This document shows, piece after piece, positions 1-12,360 of a stretch of 64,000 bases of DNA. Within the stretch, counting starts at the first letter, position 1, and each line of letters opens with the position of its first letter. The DNA lies in the NCBI GenBank assembly GCA_951406725.2, contig OX597820.1:115382001-115446000 (forward strand), read 5' to 3'. The DNA comes from Octopus vulgaris. Taxonomy: Eukaryota. The position numbers and the translations under genes were made by a program. Under the pieces are notes generated by a model. That model was not told the DNA's origin and made no database searches. It saw only the letters and a program-made list of their open reading frames with translations.

Positions 1-9
1 ACAGAAAGC

Positions 10-113
10 AAAGAGACTGAGAGGGGGGAGAGTGAGTGAGAGAGAGAGTGAGAAAGAGAGAGTGGGAGAAAGAGAGAGTGAGAGAGAGAGAGAGAGAAAG
101 AACCATAAAGAGA
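10..113. repeat. (GA)n-rich microsatellite
   Basis: Imperfect GA/GAGT run. Confidence 0.9.
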
Positions 114-426
114 GAAGGCATTGTTGCCTTTGATAGAAACAGCAGACTCATCTTCGTTTGAGATTAGTTTAGGCTGATTTCATTGATTACCAATCAGAGT
201 AAACTAGTAACTAGTAATCAGGTTTGGTGCTAACATATTTAATGCAGTGACCCAAGAAGTTTTTAATATGATTAAAATTGCACGCATATTGATGAGGGGA
301 GAAAAACCATTAGTTTAATGATTGATTCTGGGGTTAGAATATCAGGGTAGATAACTCAAAATGTTGAGTAATTAAAATTAATTAGAAATAAAATATGCAT
401 AATATAATTAATGAGGGCAGTGAGAT

Positions 427-730
427 CATCATCATCATCATCGATTAACGTCTGCTTTCCATGCTAGCATGGGTTGGACGATTTGACTGAGGTCTGGTGA
501 ACCAGATTCCAATCTGATCTGGCAGAGTTTCTACAGCTGGATGCCCTTCCTAATGCCAACCACTCTGAGAGTGTAGTGGGTGCTGCTTTTACATGCCACG
601 CCCAAATGGTGCTTTTTATGTGCCACCTGCACAGGAGCCAGTCCAGCGGCACTGGTGATGACCTCGCTCGAATGTTTCATGTGCCACCAACATAAGTGCT
701 AGTAAGGCGATGTGGTAATGATCACACTTG
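427..730 (-). mobile_element. RTE-related SINE/LINE 3' tail with (ATG)n tail
   Basis: (cat)n followed by ...ctttccatgctagcatgggttggacg...ggatgcccttcctaatgccaacc; related pieces at about 1680-1800 and 2862-2915. Confidence 0.6.
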
Positions 731-741
731 TTTTTTTTTAT

Positions 742-1151
742 ATTTTACTTGTTTCAGTCACTGGATTGTGGCCATGGTGGAGCATTGCTTTGAAAGGATT
801 TTGTCGAGCAAATCAATCTCAGGAATTATTTTTTAAGTCTAGTGCCTATTCTGTCAGTTTCTTTTGCCAAATTGTTATGTGAACATAAACAAACCAACAC
901 CAGTGCTAAGTTACAAGGACATAAACAAACCAACACCATTTGTCAAACAGCGGTAGGAAGACAAACACATCACCACACACACACATATATATATGACAGG
1001 CTTCTTTCAGTTTCCATCTGCCAAATCCACTTAGAAGACTTTGGTTGACCCAAGGCTACAGTAGAAGATACCTGCCCAAGTTGCCACACAGTGGGACTGA
1101 ACCCGGAACCATGTGGTTGGGAAGCAAACTTCTTACCACACAGCCATGCCT
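742..1151 (-). mobile_element. tRNA-derived SINE, family 1
   Basis: Reverse complement of the family-1 head (ggctgtgtggtaagaagtttgc...ggttccgggttcagtcccactg), body and gactgaaacaagtaaaa tail. Confidence 0.85.
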
Positions 1152-2189
1152 GGAACATGTTTTATATATACACACACCAACAGATCATCTTCTACAAGTT
1201 TTTTGCTGTTTACCAAACTTCACTTCGAAGCTGTTCAAGACCAAAGACCGACTCTTGTATGAGACATAATATGTTAAAGACTGAAGCGAATGGGACCAAA
1301 TGATTGCAAAGTAAACATCTTCACCATGTATTAAGGAAAAAATGTCGGTTAATTAAATAAACAACTGTTGGAGTAATTAATTAAATTAATATTTTTCACT
1401 CATTGAAGAAGGGAGCTTTTGTTCTGACTGTCTCCCATATCTGGTTGCATCGACCATATGCCAATGTTCACAGGAAACCAGTTGGAGTTTTATTATTCAA
1501 AAACAAAACAATTCTGTTTCTGTCTGCAAACAATTCTTTTACAAACGTCCGGTTCTCAAAGCTGTCTTGGAAGATAATTGAGAAATCTACTTCAGATTTC
1601 ACTTAAAAAGAGATTTGGTTCAATTGTTTCTAAATAAATAAACCCGTCCATTAAGTACACCAGCCAGAGCCTGTAAATCATCATCATCATCATCATCATT
1701 TAAAATATCCTCTTTTCCAGGCTTGCATGGGTTGGGTGGGGTTTATAGAGACAGATTAGCTCCAGTTTGATGATCTTCCTGTCACCAACCCTCACACGTT
1801 AGCAAGCAAAGAAATATTTCCCCATGGCCAAACATGTTTTGCCTAGAATATTGGAAATGAAGGACATGCCTTTACAACAATTATGGGATGCCAAGACAAA
1901 GAGGCACAAATACACACACACAGACACACACACACAATGGGCTTGTTTCAATTTCCTGTCACAAGGCTTCAGTCAGCCCAGGGCCAAAGATGCCACACAT
2001 GGGTCTGAACCTGGAACCATGATGTGGTTGGAGAGCAAACTTCTTAACCATACACATGAACCAGAAATAGAATTTAGCTAAAAGTGACATTTAAACATGA
2101 AACAATTTAATGAAATGACTAAAACGGATGTTTGTAAACCATTTATTCCTAATTTCAAATTACAATTGAAAAGTAATCCTTTAAGAAAG

Positions 2190-2480
2190 GTTGTTGGAAC
2201 CAAGGTCCACTCGAGAAAAGATGTTGCCAGAAAATTGTCAGGAGCTGCTAAGAAAGCAAGCCATTACAACTGGCTCAAGAGAGAGGATAAATGGTGCAAC
2301 AACATTGAGCATTGAGAGTGACAGAAACACTTGGCTCAGAGCCACAACATCTGATTCAACAAAGCTCAGGTTGTTGTGTGGGAGACTTGTCACCTGCATC
2401 ACTCAATGGCCCTGGTGTCATGGTGGAAAGGGCCCAAAACACCTACAGAGTTGCTTCACTGCCTGATGAGACATTCACTC
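2190..2480 (+). mobile_element. 3' remnant of a restriction-endonuclease-type (HERO-like) non-LTR retrotransposon
   Basis: Translation RKDVARKLSGAAKKASHYNWLKREDKW resembles the C-terminal A(E/K)(R/K)ASxW/YxWxKR motif of HERO-clade ORFs; followed by a UTR-like segment. Recognised from memory, not searched. Confidence 0.5.
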
Positions 2481-3015
2481 ATGCATTCAGAGATGGAACA
2501 CAGCAACAATATCCTTAACACACGAGTAGTCACACTAAATGTAGTCAGTTTATCTCTTTCAGGTCCAGCAAGCAGTCAATTCCTTTCTTCAAACCATTAA
2601 CAAACAGTCAGTCAGGATTGGCCATCTTCATTTACAGACATCGATAACGATTTACAGGAATCTTAAACGTTCAAGTTCAAAGTTCAAAGCAGCACCAAAA
2701 TGCTGTCTGTGTCGATAGCAATGAGGTTATTCACCCAAATCAGTATTGATTTATGCTCTCTGACTTCACTCGATCATTCTTTCCCTCTCTTCTAAAATCT
2801 GAGTAGTCATGTGGCTCCTCTGCAGCAAGAAACTACATTAATACAGGAATTAGGCGCTAGACACGTCCAACCCATACCAGCATGGAAGGCAGACATTAAA
2901 TGATGATGATGCTGATGCAGTGAACAACACACTGGCAACAGAAATAACGCAGAATTGATACTGGTAAATGATAGCAACACAAGCAATTCCATTGTATTAT
3001 GGAAAACTGAAAATA

Positions 3016-3245
3016 CCTTTTTCTTTACTACCCACAAGGGGCTAAACATAGAGGGGACGAACAAGGACAGACAAACGGATTAAGTCGATTACATCGACCC
3101 CAGTGCGTAACTGGTACTTAATTTATCGACCCCGAAAGGATGAAAGGCAAAGTCGACCTCGGCGGAATTTGAACTCAGAACATCATGACAGACAAAATAC
3201 AGCTACGCATTTCGCCCAGTGTGCTAACGTTTCTGCCAGCTCGCA
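3016..3245 (-). mobile_element. tRNA-derived SINE, family 2 (monomer)
   Basis: Reverse complement of head gagctggcagaaacgttagcac, body gcctttcatcctttcggggtcgataaattaagtaccag and tail gccccttgtgggtagtaaagaaa. Confidence 0.9.
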
Positions 3246-3261
3246 GAAAATATCTTTGACC

Positions 3262-3805
3262 TCTTACTGGTTACAGTCACTGGGCTGCGGCCATGCTGGG
3301 GCATAGCCTTCGAGGGTTCAGTTGAACAGATCAACTCCAGGATTTGTAAGTTTCTAAGTGTGGCAATTATTCTATAGGTCTCTTTTACTGAACAACAGTG
3401 ACAAAGATGTGAACAAACCAACACCGGTTGTAAAGCAATGGTGGGAAAACAAACAGAAATGCAAGGAAACTGTGGAAACTTCTCTCTCTTTCTTTCTATA
3501 TATGTGTGTGTATATATATATATATATATCATTTGTAAAAAAAACCCAATAATTCTGGAGAATAAACACACTCTAAGATGTAGAGCAGGCCAACAGGTTT
3601 GGCATCTGATGATATGCCGTAAAGCCAAACTCCTTATGGACAGGAAACCCAGGGTAACCCCATTATAATATATATATACACACACACACACAATGGGCTT
3701 CAGATCTATAGTAGAAGACATTTGCCCAAGATACCATGTAGTGGGATTGAACCCGAAACTCTGTGATAGCAAAGTGAGCTTCTTAACCACACAGCCACAC
3801 CTGCA
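3262..3805 (-). mobile_element. SINE family 1, interrupted in its internal TA tract
   Basis: Tail at about 3262-3450 and head at about 3690-3805, with unrelated sequence between (TA)n runs. Confidence 0.7.
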
Positions 3806-4920
3806 CGTCACTGAAATTTATATTAAGCACTGTTTATAGTTTTTTTTCTTTTCTTTTACGGTTTTATGCATTTATCTTCTGACACTAAGAATTTGAAGAT
3901 CAACAAAATGCTTGAGAAACATGAAAATATATCAGACCACGTAAGTTCCATGTTAAAGATTGGGGGAAATGTGATGCCTTTCTTGAAAAGTTGGGTTTTG
4001 TTACAGTACAGCTGAAACATTTTTCCATCATGTCTGTTCGATCAGGTCGACGTTGGCCTTTAAGCCAGGAGGAAGCCAGGAGGCCTTACCAGGAGGACGG
4101 AGGAATTGCCAGTCACGTAAAACCCACGAGACCGTCATTTGTGCTAAGAAGAAATCTCTAATTTTGCAAATTAATAAGTATACAGGCGATATAAAATCTT
4201 TAAAAAAATTTTTTCATATAGATTTCTAGGCGTTTCATATACCACCCAAACTCTACACGGCTACATCTTGCTAGAAGAAACAGATAAATTGTCCTTAAAC
4301 AACGCCCTACAGTCTTAAAAGGTAGGACAAATTAGACAATACATTCTTAGATATACATCAAGACGGTATGTATGACGGCGAGAATACTTTTGATTATATC
4401 ATAAGTCTATTTGATCAGGTCCGGGATAGAGTTGAATGGTAATTTATCTGTGTTATAAATCATGCTATATCTGTGTTATGAATGAAAGTTAAATATAACA
4501 ACGAAATTACTTTTTTAAGAAATGGTGATAAGATAAAAGGAACGAGGGAATTAGCCACAACTATTGTTGTGAATAGAATTCCAAAACATAATTAAAGTGG
4601 ATTGGCAACATATTTTTATGGATTAAAAAAAAAATCGAATACCTTTTTTCATTCTATTTGTTTACATTTACCAGATGTCGTGTTTTGACAAGCAAAAATA
4701 TCTACAAGTTATCTGAGACAAATGTAATACATTTCTCACATACCAGATGGGAAAATATAAGTTAGAACAGAGAATTTATAACATGAATCTAAATTATAAT
4801 TTGATAATTAACATCAACTCCTTAAACCAACCACTGGCTATATGCCTACCACTTATAAAACGTAAAGCAAACTGTAGCTGAGAATGAGATAGAAAAAAAC
4901 AATCGAAGTGAAAAACTTAC

Positions 4921-5265
4921 GGGTTTCCATCCGTGAGGGACAAATCCGGGTCCGTTTATAACAGCCATAAAATAATTATAGAGAGTTAAGATGTCCCAAA
5001 TTATAAATATCGATAAATTAAGAAGTCCACCAGCTGTACTTATCGGCCACCAGATCAACGTACAGGTCAGAGACATGAAGGAAATCAGAAATATTATGGT
5101 CAGGGCTAAACATGGTCCCCAATGAAATAATCGACAGCAGTTTTTAAAGGGGTTCACAGTTTTCTGTTTTGTTTTGTTTTCTAGTTTGGTTGTGGTTGAA
5201 GCTGATGTTGGCGATGATGATGTTTCGGCTGCGGCAGCTGTTGTTGTTGTTGTTGTGGGAGCCAT
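4921..5265 (-). CDS. ZDHHC6: Palmitoyltransferase ZDHHC6, first coding exon (115 codons; gene continues beyond position 1)
   Basis: MAPTTT...RLFHWGPCLALTIIFLISFMSLTCTLIWWPISTAGGLLNLSIFIIWDILTLYNYFMAVINGPGFVPHGWKP matches the ZDHHC6 N-terminus (HWGP..., WP..T.GG..N, LYNYF.A...GPGFVP.GWKP). Ends at a phase-0 GTAAGT donor (4920-4915). No DHHC exon found in 1-4900. Confidence 0.92.
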
Positions 5266-5760
5266 ATTACAAATAACAGAGAAAATCTTATCATATATAT
5301 AATATAAATACATACAGACGGTCTTCTGTTTGTTCGTTTTGCATCAAGTTAGAAGAATCTCTGTCCAGTGCCCGAGTAGCAACGAAACGAGAGGCGGATA
5401 CGGCAGTACACACGACGAGGCCCGCAACTGTTTGTTTCCAAGGACATCAAACAAACTGGAAGGTCCAAGTGGTGGAACCTGGCAAACCAGCGAACCGCAT
5501 CATTCAGCTGTTGAGGATGCTGCGAAGACAATCCCCGACATTCTTCTCTTCCTTGCTTACAAACAATTCCTTCTTCTTCTTCTTCTCACGATTGTTGTCG
5601 TTCCGAACTGTTGCACAAGCACTTCCCATGTGGTGCCGTTCCTCCTTCCCTTCCTCTTTGTTCCTGTCTCAGCCGAATAATATTTGCCAGCGACAGGGAA
5701 AGAAAGAGACAAAAAATGCCAGAGAGAGAGAGAGGGCGGGGCGGCCTGTTTCCTGCAGAG
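5266..5760 (-). promoter_or_regulatory. Probable 5' UTR and proximal promoter of ZDHHC6
   Basis: Locally GC/CpG-richer, free of interspersed repeats; overlapping GC boxes GGGCGGGGCGG at 5734-5744 next to a (GA)n tract at 5721-5734. Confidence 0.5.
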
Positions 5761-6075
5761 ACTCGTCACAGTTTTTAATCAGTGGCTGGAGCTCTCTTGC
5801 TTAGGAGGTACAATAATTAAACACAATCAACAAGAGGTTAAATAATTCAGGGGAAATAACTAAGATAATAGTTCAACAGAGTACTTCTCCTTTGATAATG
5901 TTAATCCACTTCTATTTCTATTGTAAAATTATAATGTCAGAACAATTGAATAATTACAGAAAGTGTGTTTATCTATCAATAAATTGGTGCTTATAACTTT
6001 ATTCTAAAATGCAGTCGTTCCAGCCTCTACACACAATTCTGAGTTAATTTTCTTGACCAAAATATACAAAAAATA

Positions 6076-6652
6076 TTCTTTTCCATTCTAGGCACAAAGC
6101 CCGAAATTCTGAGGGAGGGGGCCAGTCGATTAAATCGATCTCAGTACGCAACTGGTACTTAATTTATCGACCCCGAAAGGATGAAAGGCAAAGTCGACCT
6201 CGGCGGAATTTGAACTCGGAACTTAAAGACAAACGAAATACCTATTTCTTTACTACCCACAAGGGGCTAAACACAGAGGGGACAAACAAGGACAGACAAA
6301 CGGATTAAGTCGATTACATCGACCCCAGTGCGTAACTGGTACTTATTTAATCGACCCCGAAAGGATGAAAGGCAAAGTCGACCTCGGCGGAATTTGAACT
6401 CGGAACGTAAAGACAAACGAAATACCTATTTCTTTACTACCCACAAGGGGCTAAACACAGAGGGGACAAACAAGGACAGACAAACGGATTACGTCGATTA
6501 TATCGACCCTAGTACGTAACTGGTACTTATTTAATCGACCCCGAAAGGATGAAAGGCAAAGTCGACCTCGGCGGAATTTGAACTCAGAACGTAATGGCAG
6601 ACGAAATACGGCTACGCATTTCACCCGGTGTGCTAACGATTCTGCCAGCTCA
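6076..6652 (-). mobile_element. SINE family 2 multimer (head, 2x body+tail A, body+tail B)
   Basis: About 184-bp direct unit (cctatttctttactacccac at 6241 and 6425); one tRNA-like head at the right end. Confidence 0.9.
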
Positions 6653-7355
6653 TAAAAGACAAGATGTGACATGCTAAATAAGTGAGGCTTGAATTGGTGA
6701 AGTGTCGAATAAGAATGCTATGCATTATTGAGTTACGTCCCTTTATGTTCAGCGTTCAAATGCAACCGGGATCGACTTTGCATGTTTTCAGCAGTTAAAT
6801 AAATAAGTGAAATAGCGATGTTGATACGGTCAACCCCTAAGCATGTGCGGTTTATGTTCATGCTGGGCTGCGTTGAACGGGACTCCCACCTCAGACGACG
6901 AGGAGTTTGACGGATGACAAACAATGAGAAGTAACATGCCGGTTCACTCAGATCAAGGTTTCAGTTCCTGGTTGAGAAACCAGTGTGTATTCATTACATT
7001 TGTGATGGATTCAACAAAGGCAATAAATGGTCCCCAGATCCAGATGTCGCTTCATACATTTCTCCTGGTGCTGCCTTCTAACGACAATCATGCCACTTGT
7101 TTCTTTTTCTTTACAGAAGCCGCGCTGTGGCTCTGGAGTGATTTTCCCTTATATTGATTAATTAAACTACTTTTGTTGTGTCTTGTGAGGGTCATTTGTT
7201 TCAACACACGAATTCGCATCAAGAATATTGCAAACCAAATGCGAAAACGAAGAATAAACCACTCTTTGGGCATTACCTTAACCAGCAACTTCTCTTTTCC
7301 AAATCTACCATTTGGAACTAAAACAGATTTGTCTCCCTTGCACTTATTGTTTAAG

Positions 7356-7480
7356 CCCCCCCCCCCACCTCCCGCTAGCGCTAGCGCTACCACCGCCGCC
7401 GCCGCCACCACCACCACCACCACCACCACCATCACCTCCACTACAACCACAGCCACCACCACCACCACCACCGCCACCAC
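7356..7480. repeat. (ACC/GCC)n trinucleotide tract
   Basis: Direct reading. Confidence 0.9.
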
Positions 7481-8004
7481 ATTAGCCCCGGATAAAAGGT
7501 ATTTCTATCAAAACCACCCCGTGTTGATGTGTTTCTAGGATTACATTAACTAATGTGTCCTTCTTTTTTAAAACCGTAAGAATGTGAGTTGAGAGAACGT
7601 AGCTGCTATTGCGACTAGGTCGTGCGATAACGCTTTTGTTAGATGGTGACTACCTACACTTGCATACTCTTCAAGTTGAGTTATATAGCCCTAATTGCAC
7701 ACACACGAAGTCATATATACACGCACCACACACACACTCACCATTCACACACACACACACACACAATAAACACCCACACATTCACATACGCACCGAAATA
7801 AATTATGTTTAAGTGGTTTTTGTCAGATTAGAGATTACTGGAAATGAGTGAATGCCTTATTATACACCCAGTTCACCAAATACACACCCCAAACCATACA
7901 ACTGTGACCCCCCACCACATCAACCTCCTCACCATATACAATTACGCCAAGACTTTTACGTGGTCACTCAATATGCTAGAAAATGCAGCTAAGTTCCTTT
8001 AAAT

Positions 8005-8572
8005 CAGTGGTCCTCAATCATTTAAAGGACCCCTTTGATTTCTATTTTCCTTGGATGGACCCTCAGAGCCATTCAATGTTCTTGTATTCTTTTATTCTTT
8101 TATTCGATTTCAGCCATTTGTAAGCCTAGTACTTATTCTATTGATTTCCTTTTGCCGAACCGCTAAGTAACGGAGACGTAAACACACCAGCATCAGTTGT
8201 CAAGCGATGGTGTGGGGGGGACAAAAACAGACACACAGACACACACACACACACGCACATATATATATATACTACGGGCTTCTTTCAGTTTCCGTCTACG
8301 AAATCCATGCACAAGGCTTTGGTCGGCTCGAGGAGACACTTGCTCAAGGTGCCACGCAGTGGGACTGAACACAGAACCATGTGGTTGGTAAGCAAGCTAC
8401 TTCCCACATAGCCACTCCTGCGCCTGTTTACAAAAATCTAAGATCTTTATAATTAAATATTATTAGCAACAAAATGTTATATGGATCCCTGCCCCCCTCC
8501 CAAGGACCATACGGACCTCCAACGGTCATATGGATTCCCGAGGGCCATATGGACCTCGGTTGAGTACCACTG
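8005..8572. mobile_element. hAT-type MITE with nested family-1 SINE (about 8095-8425, minus)
   Basis: TIRs cagtggtcctcaa / ttgagtaccactg; 8-bp TSD ctttaaat / ctttgaat. Confidence 0.8.
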
Positions 8573-8641
8573 CTTTGAATTATACCCAGCAGTCTTAAAA
8601 ATAAAGGGAACTCGGTATTGTGACTGCTTTTGTGAATAAAT

Positions 8642-9024
8642 TGTGGTAAGTAGCTTGCTAACCAACTACATGGTTCCGGGTTCAGTCCCACTGCGTGGCA
8701 TCTTGGGCAAGTGTCTTCTGCTATAGCCCCGGGCCGACCAATACCTTGTGAGTGGATTTGGTAGACGGAAACTGAAAGAAGCCTGTCGTATATATGTATA
8801 TAAATATATGTGTGTGTGTGTGTATGTATTTGTGTGTCTGTGTTTGACAACCGATGCTGGTGTGTTTACGTCCCCGTCACTTAGCGGTTCGGCAAAAGAG
8901 ATCGATAGAATAAGTACTGGACTTACAAAGAATAAGTCCCGGTGTCGATTTGCTCGACTAAAGGCGGTGCTCTAGCATGGCCGCAGTGAAATGACTGAAA
9001 CAAGTAAAAGAGTAAAAGAGTAAG
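8642..9024 (+). mobile_element. SINE family 1
   Basis: Near full-length copy with gagtaaa-repeat tail. Confidence 0.9.
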
Positions 9025-9289
9025 ACTCGATTGTAGAAAAAGCAAATCATTGCTGCTACTTGGCAAAGTTGTTTATTTTATCAAGTCCGGAATTATGAGA
9101 GGTGAAGTTGTCCTCAGCGTACTTTGAACTCAGGATGCAAGGAGTAATAACGGGCGTTTTGTGAGACGTTCGAACGATTCGGCTAAAGCATAGCGGTTGG
9201 GGCGAGGTCCGCCTTGAGCGACACTTTAACAGGTGGTTGGCACTTTTGGGTTTGTAAATGTAGCTGGGGTGTACGGGAAGCAAAAATAT

Positions 9290-9712
9290 TCGGGTTCCGG
9301 ATGCGAATTTTTATCCCACGAAATTTCTGGACCCCAGCAATGAACTCATTTGTATACAGCCAATCAGAGCTCACTTCGACCTTGCTGTCAAGTTAACAAA
9401 CACACTCTACCAAGTGAACTCAAGACGAAGAACGCTGTTGTAAGTCCACCGATCACAAAGTGAGGCCTGATTTTAAACAACAACGTAACTACGCAGAGGC
9501 AGCCATGGCTGGAAAAAGAACCAGAACAACAAGCATTCTTAAAAGAGAAAAGAAACATGGTCATTCCTTACCCAAGTGACCTTATCTTATCGCCCATCAC
9601 TTGTTATACGCTCATAAATTAGTTTGATAGTTGAGCTCTGATTGGCTGTATGCAAATGAGTTCATAACTGGGGTCCGGAACTCTCGTGGGAAAAAAAAAT
9701 TCGCGGCCCGGG
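9290..9712. mobile_element. Foldback MITE; second copy at about 28186-28395
   Basis: Inverted arms (cccacgaaatttctggaccccagcaatgaactcatttgtatacagccaatcagagctca and its complement); shared internal gtcaagttaacaaacacactctaccaagt. Confidence 0.7.
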
Positions 9713-10324
9713 TGGCACACATTCTAGCTGCATCACTGGGACAATGTGACCCTGGATATGCAAACAAGATTAGATGGTCCTGACTGGAACGCCCTTGATC
9801 AAAAGTCTTCTCAATCAGAGCTTATCGTATACATATGTACTCAGAGATACAATTACAAACACACACACACAATTAATCAGACGTGTACATACATTCACAG
9901 AGTTACAAACACATTCAAAGTAAAAGAAAACAGTAAAATTAGAACGTCTGATGTATTAGGAACGATATTAATAACAAATGTTCAGCTCAATTTTCCTCTT
10001 TTTTTTTTCTAGTTCATTTATTTGCATTACATTTATTTTGACTCTAAATTACTCAGCAGCAGGAAGGCATGCAGTGTGTTGCAATGGGGAAAATAGGCCA
10101 GGTCAATGGGAAAGACAAAAACAAAATTCCTCGCTTATTAGAGAAAATATAAAACATGTGTTTTAGGTTAATTTGTTCTTGGTTAATTTTGAGGGCAAAA
10201 ATTCAAATTATTTTGTCTTTTAATGGTTTGTTAATGGGTCGCCGTGTTTAGTTGGTCTGGTTATTACAATGTTGCTTGAAAACAATATTAGGATGGTGAG
10301 ATTGACTGCACTAATAACAATAAT

Positions 10325-10702
10325 CATGGTTTCAAATTTTGGCACAAGGTCATCAATTTCGGGAGTCGATTACATCGACTCCAGTGCATAACTGGTACTT
10401 ATTTTATTGACCCCCAAAATGAGGAAAGGCAAAGTCGACCTTGGCAGAATTTGAACTCAGAATGTAAAGACGGAAGAAATACCGCTAAGCATTTTGTCCA
10501 GCGTTTTAATGATTCTGCCAGCTCGAGGCACAAGACATTTTGAGGGAGGGGGTTAATCGATTACATTGCCCCCCCCCCCCCAGTGCGTAACTGGTACTTA
10601 ATTTATCGACCACGAAAGGATGAAAGGCAAAGTCGACCTCGGGGGAATTTGAACCCGGAACGTGAAGCATTTTATCCGGTGTGCTAACGATTCTGCCAGC
10701 TC
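10325..10702 (-). mobile_element. Two adjacent SINE family-2 copies
   Basis: Two body+head units with tail B. Confidence 0.8.
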
Positions 10703-11444
10703 AGGACCATTTGCATTTACATATGTACAACGACTGTTTGAATAAAACAGCTTACATCAGGTAAGGACTCAGGTAGTTAAAAGGTGTCATTGTATTAATT
10801 ATTCATGAAAAAGGTGTTCGTGGTTATTAAGAACAGAATGAGTAGAGTGAGAACACCTTATCACAAAACTGAATTCTGTGTAACACCTGAGGTTGTTCTG
10901 TTTAGAAGTCCAATATCCCAGTTTTTATAACATTCAATCAAACATCTAGAACCTTCGACAGAACCCCTTGTCAAGGAAATTCATAAAACTTTCTTTCAAG
11001 TCAACCGCTTATTTGGTTACATACTCGCCGATCTAATTGATCAAACTATAGTCGCGTGGGCGTTCATACCTTTTATGGTGACACAGTTAATTCCTTGTAA
11101 CTGTTCGTGCCTTTTATAGCAGCATAGTCAGGCCAAGGTCCTGAACTGGGGATCTGAACGAAATGGTTGAATTTATCTTTAATCCTTAGAAATTTCTCGC
11201 GTTATCCCTTTTTATAGTTTTATTTGATGCGTCCTGTTTAATTCATCTGAAATATGGCGGACGAAGTGTAAATCCGGAGAGGATGCTTGGTCGGGGAAAA
11301 TATTTGGAATTAGAAATCATTGATTCGGAGCAAATCAGTTCCATGGAGCTCACCTCTCTCTAAGCCACGGAAGATTCGAACCGGGAATTATAATTTTATA
11401 GGGACATTCGTTTCTTTTCGACAAGAAAGGAGTCTTGTCAAAAA

Positions 11445-11857
11445 GGCGCAGGAGTGGCTGTGTGGTAAGTAGCTTGCTTACCAACCACATGGTTACGGGT
11501 TCGGTCCCACTGCGTGACATCTTGGGCAAGTGTTTTCTACTATACTCTCGGGCCGACCAAAGCCTTGTGAGTGGATTTGGTAGACGGAAACTGAAAGAAG
11601 CCTGTCGTATATATGCATATAAGTGTGTGTGTGTGTGTGTGTGTGTATCTTTGTGTGTCTGTGTTTGTCTCCCAACATTGCCTGACAACCGATGCTGGTG
11701 TGTTTACGTCCCCGTAACTTAGCGGTTCGGCAAAAGAGACCGATAGAATAAGTACTGGGCTTACAAAGAATAAGTCCTGGGGTCGATTTGCTCGACTAAA
11801 GGCGGTGCTCCAGCATGGCCGCAGTCAAATGACTGAAACAAGCAAAAGAAAGAGTAA
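11445..11857 (+). mobile_element. SINE family 1, full length
   Basis: ggcgcaggagtggctgtgtggtaag head with A/B-box-like motifs, internal (TG)n, tail gactgaaacaagcaaaaga. Confidence 0.9.
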
Positions 11858-12360
11858 GACACCGTGATTATGGGTCAGTAGAGTAGCTAGGCGGGAGGTG
11901 GTCACGGTTGGGGCAGTGTGCCCCGGGCGACACTTGGGGGTCTGCTGTACAAGCCTGTATAGGCTTGGGTGGGGGGTCCAAGGGGTGCGGCTAATTCAAG
12001 GGCTGCCCTGCGTGACACACACTCTAGCTATGCCTCTGACATTACAACTTCTGAATTAAGTCTTTGAATCAAAAATATTCTTTTAAGAAAAACTGTCAGA
12101 ACGTTTCGAGAAAATTCAAGTTTTATCCCAACCCTTCAGCCAAGTTTCTAGAGGAAAGAAAACTAAAAGAAACCTTTATTAGGTTTAGATGTCACCATCG
12201 TAGGCTTGTTTTCATCTTCTTTTAGTGACTTTAAGGTTGAACTTATCCGTTAGAGGCTGGGGCTTCATAAGGCTTTTCAGGACGGTGATAAATACCAAAT
12301 GCAAGCAGTAAGTGAAGTTATAAAACGTCTTGTCCCAGAATAGATTCCACATCGCAGAAT

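Noticed and set aside
2414-2475. GGTGTC...AAACACC...CTGATGA as a hammerhead
   Set aside because: Elements are in an order incompatible with hammerhead topology and GAAA is not intact.
5330-5804. Plus-strand ORFs as a divergent gene
   Set aside because: No recognisable protein similarity; better explained as antisense of the ZDHHC6 leader.
6076-6652. Regularly spaced repeats resembling a CRISPR array, and recurring MRNWYL.. ORFs
   Set aside because: No unique spacers; whole units repeat and belong to a dispersed SINE in eukaryotic DNA.
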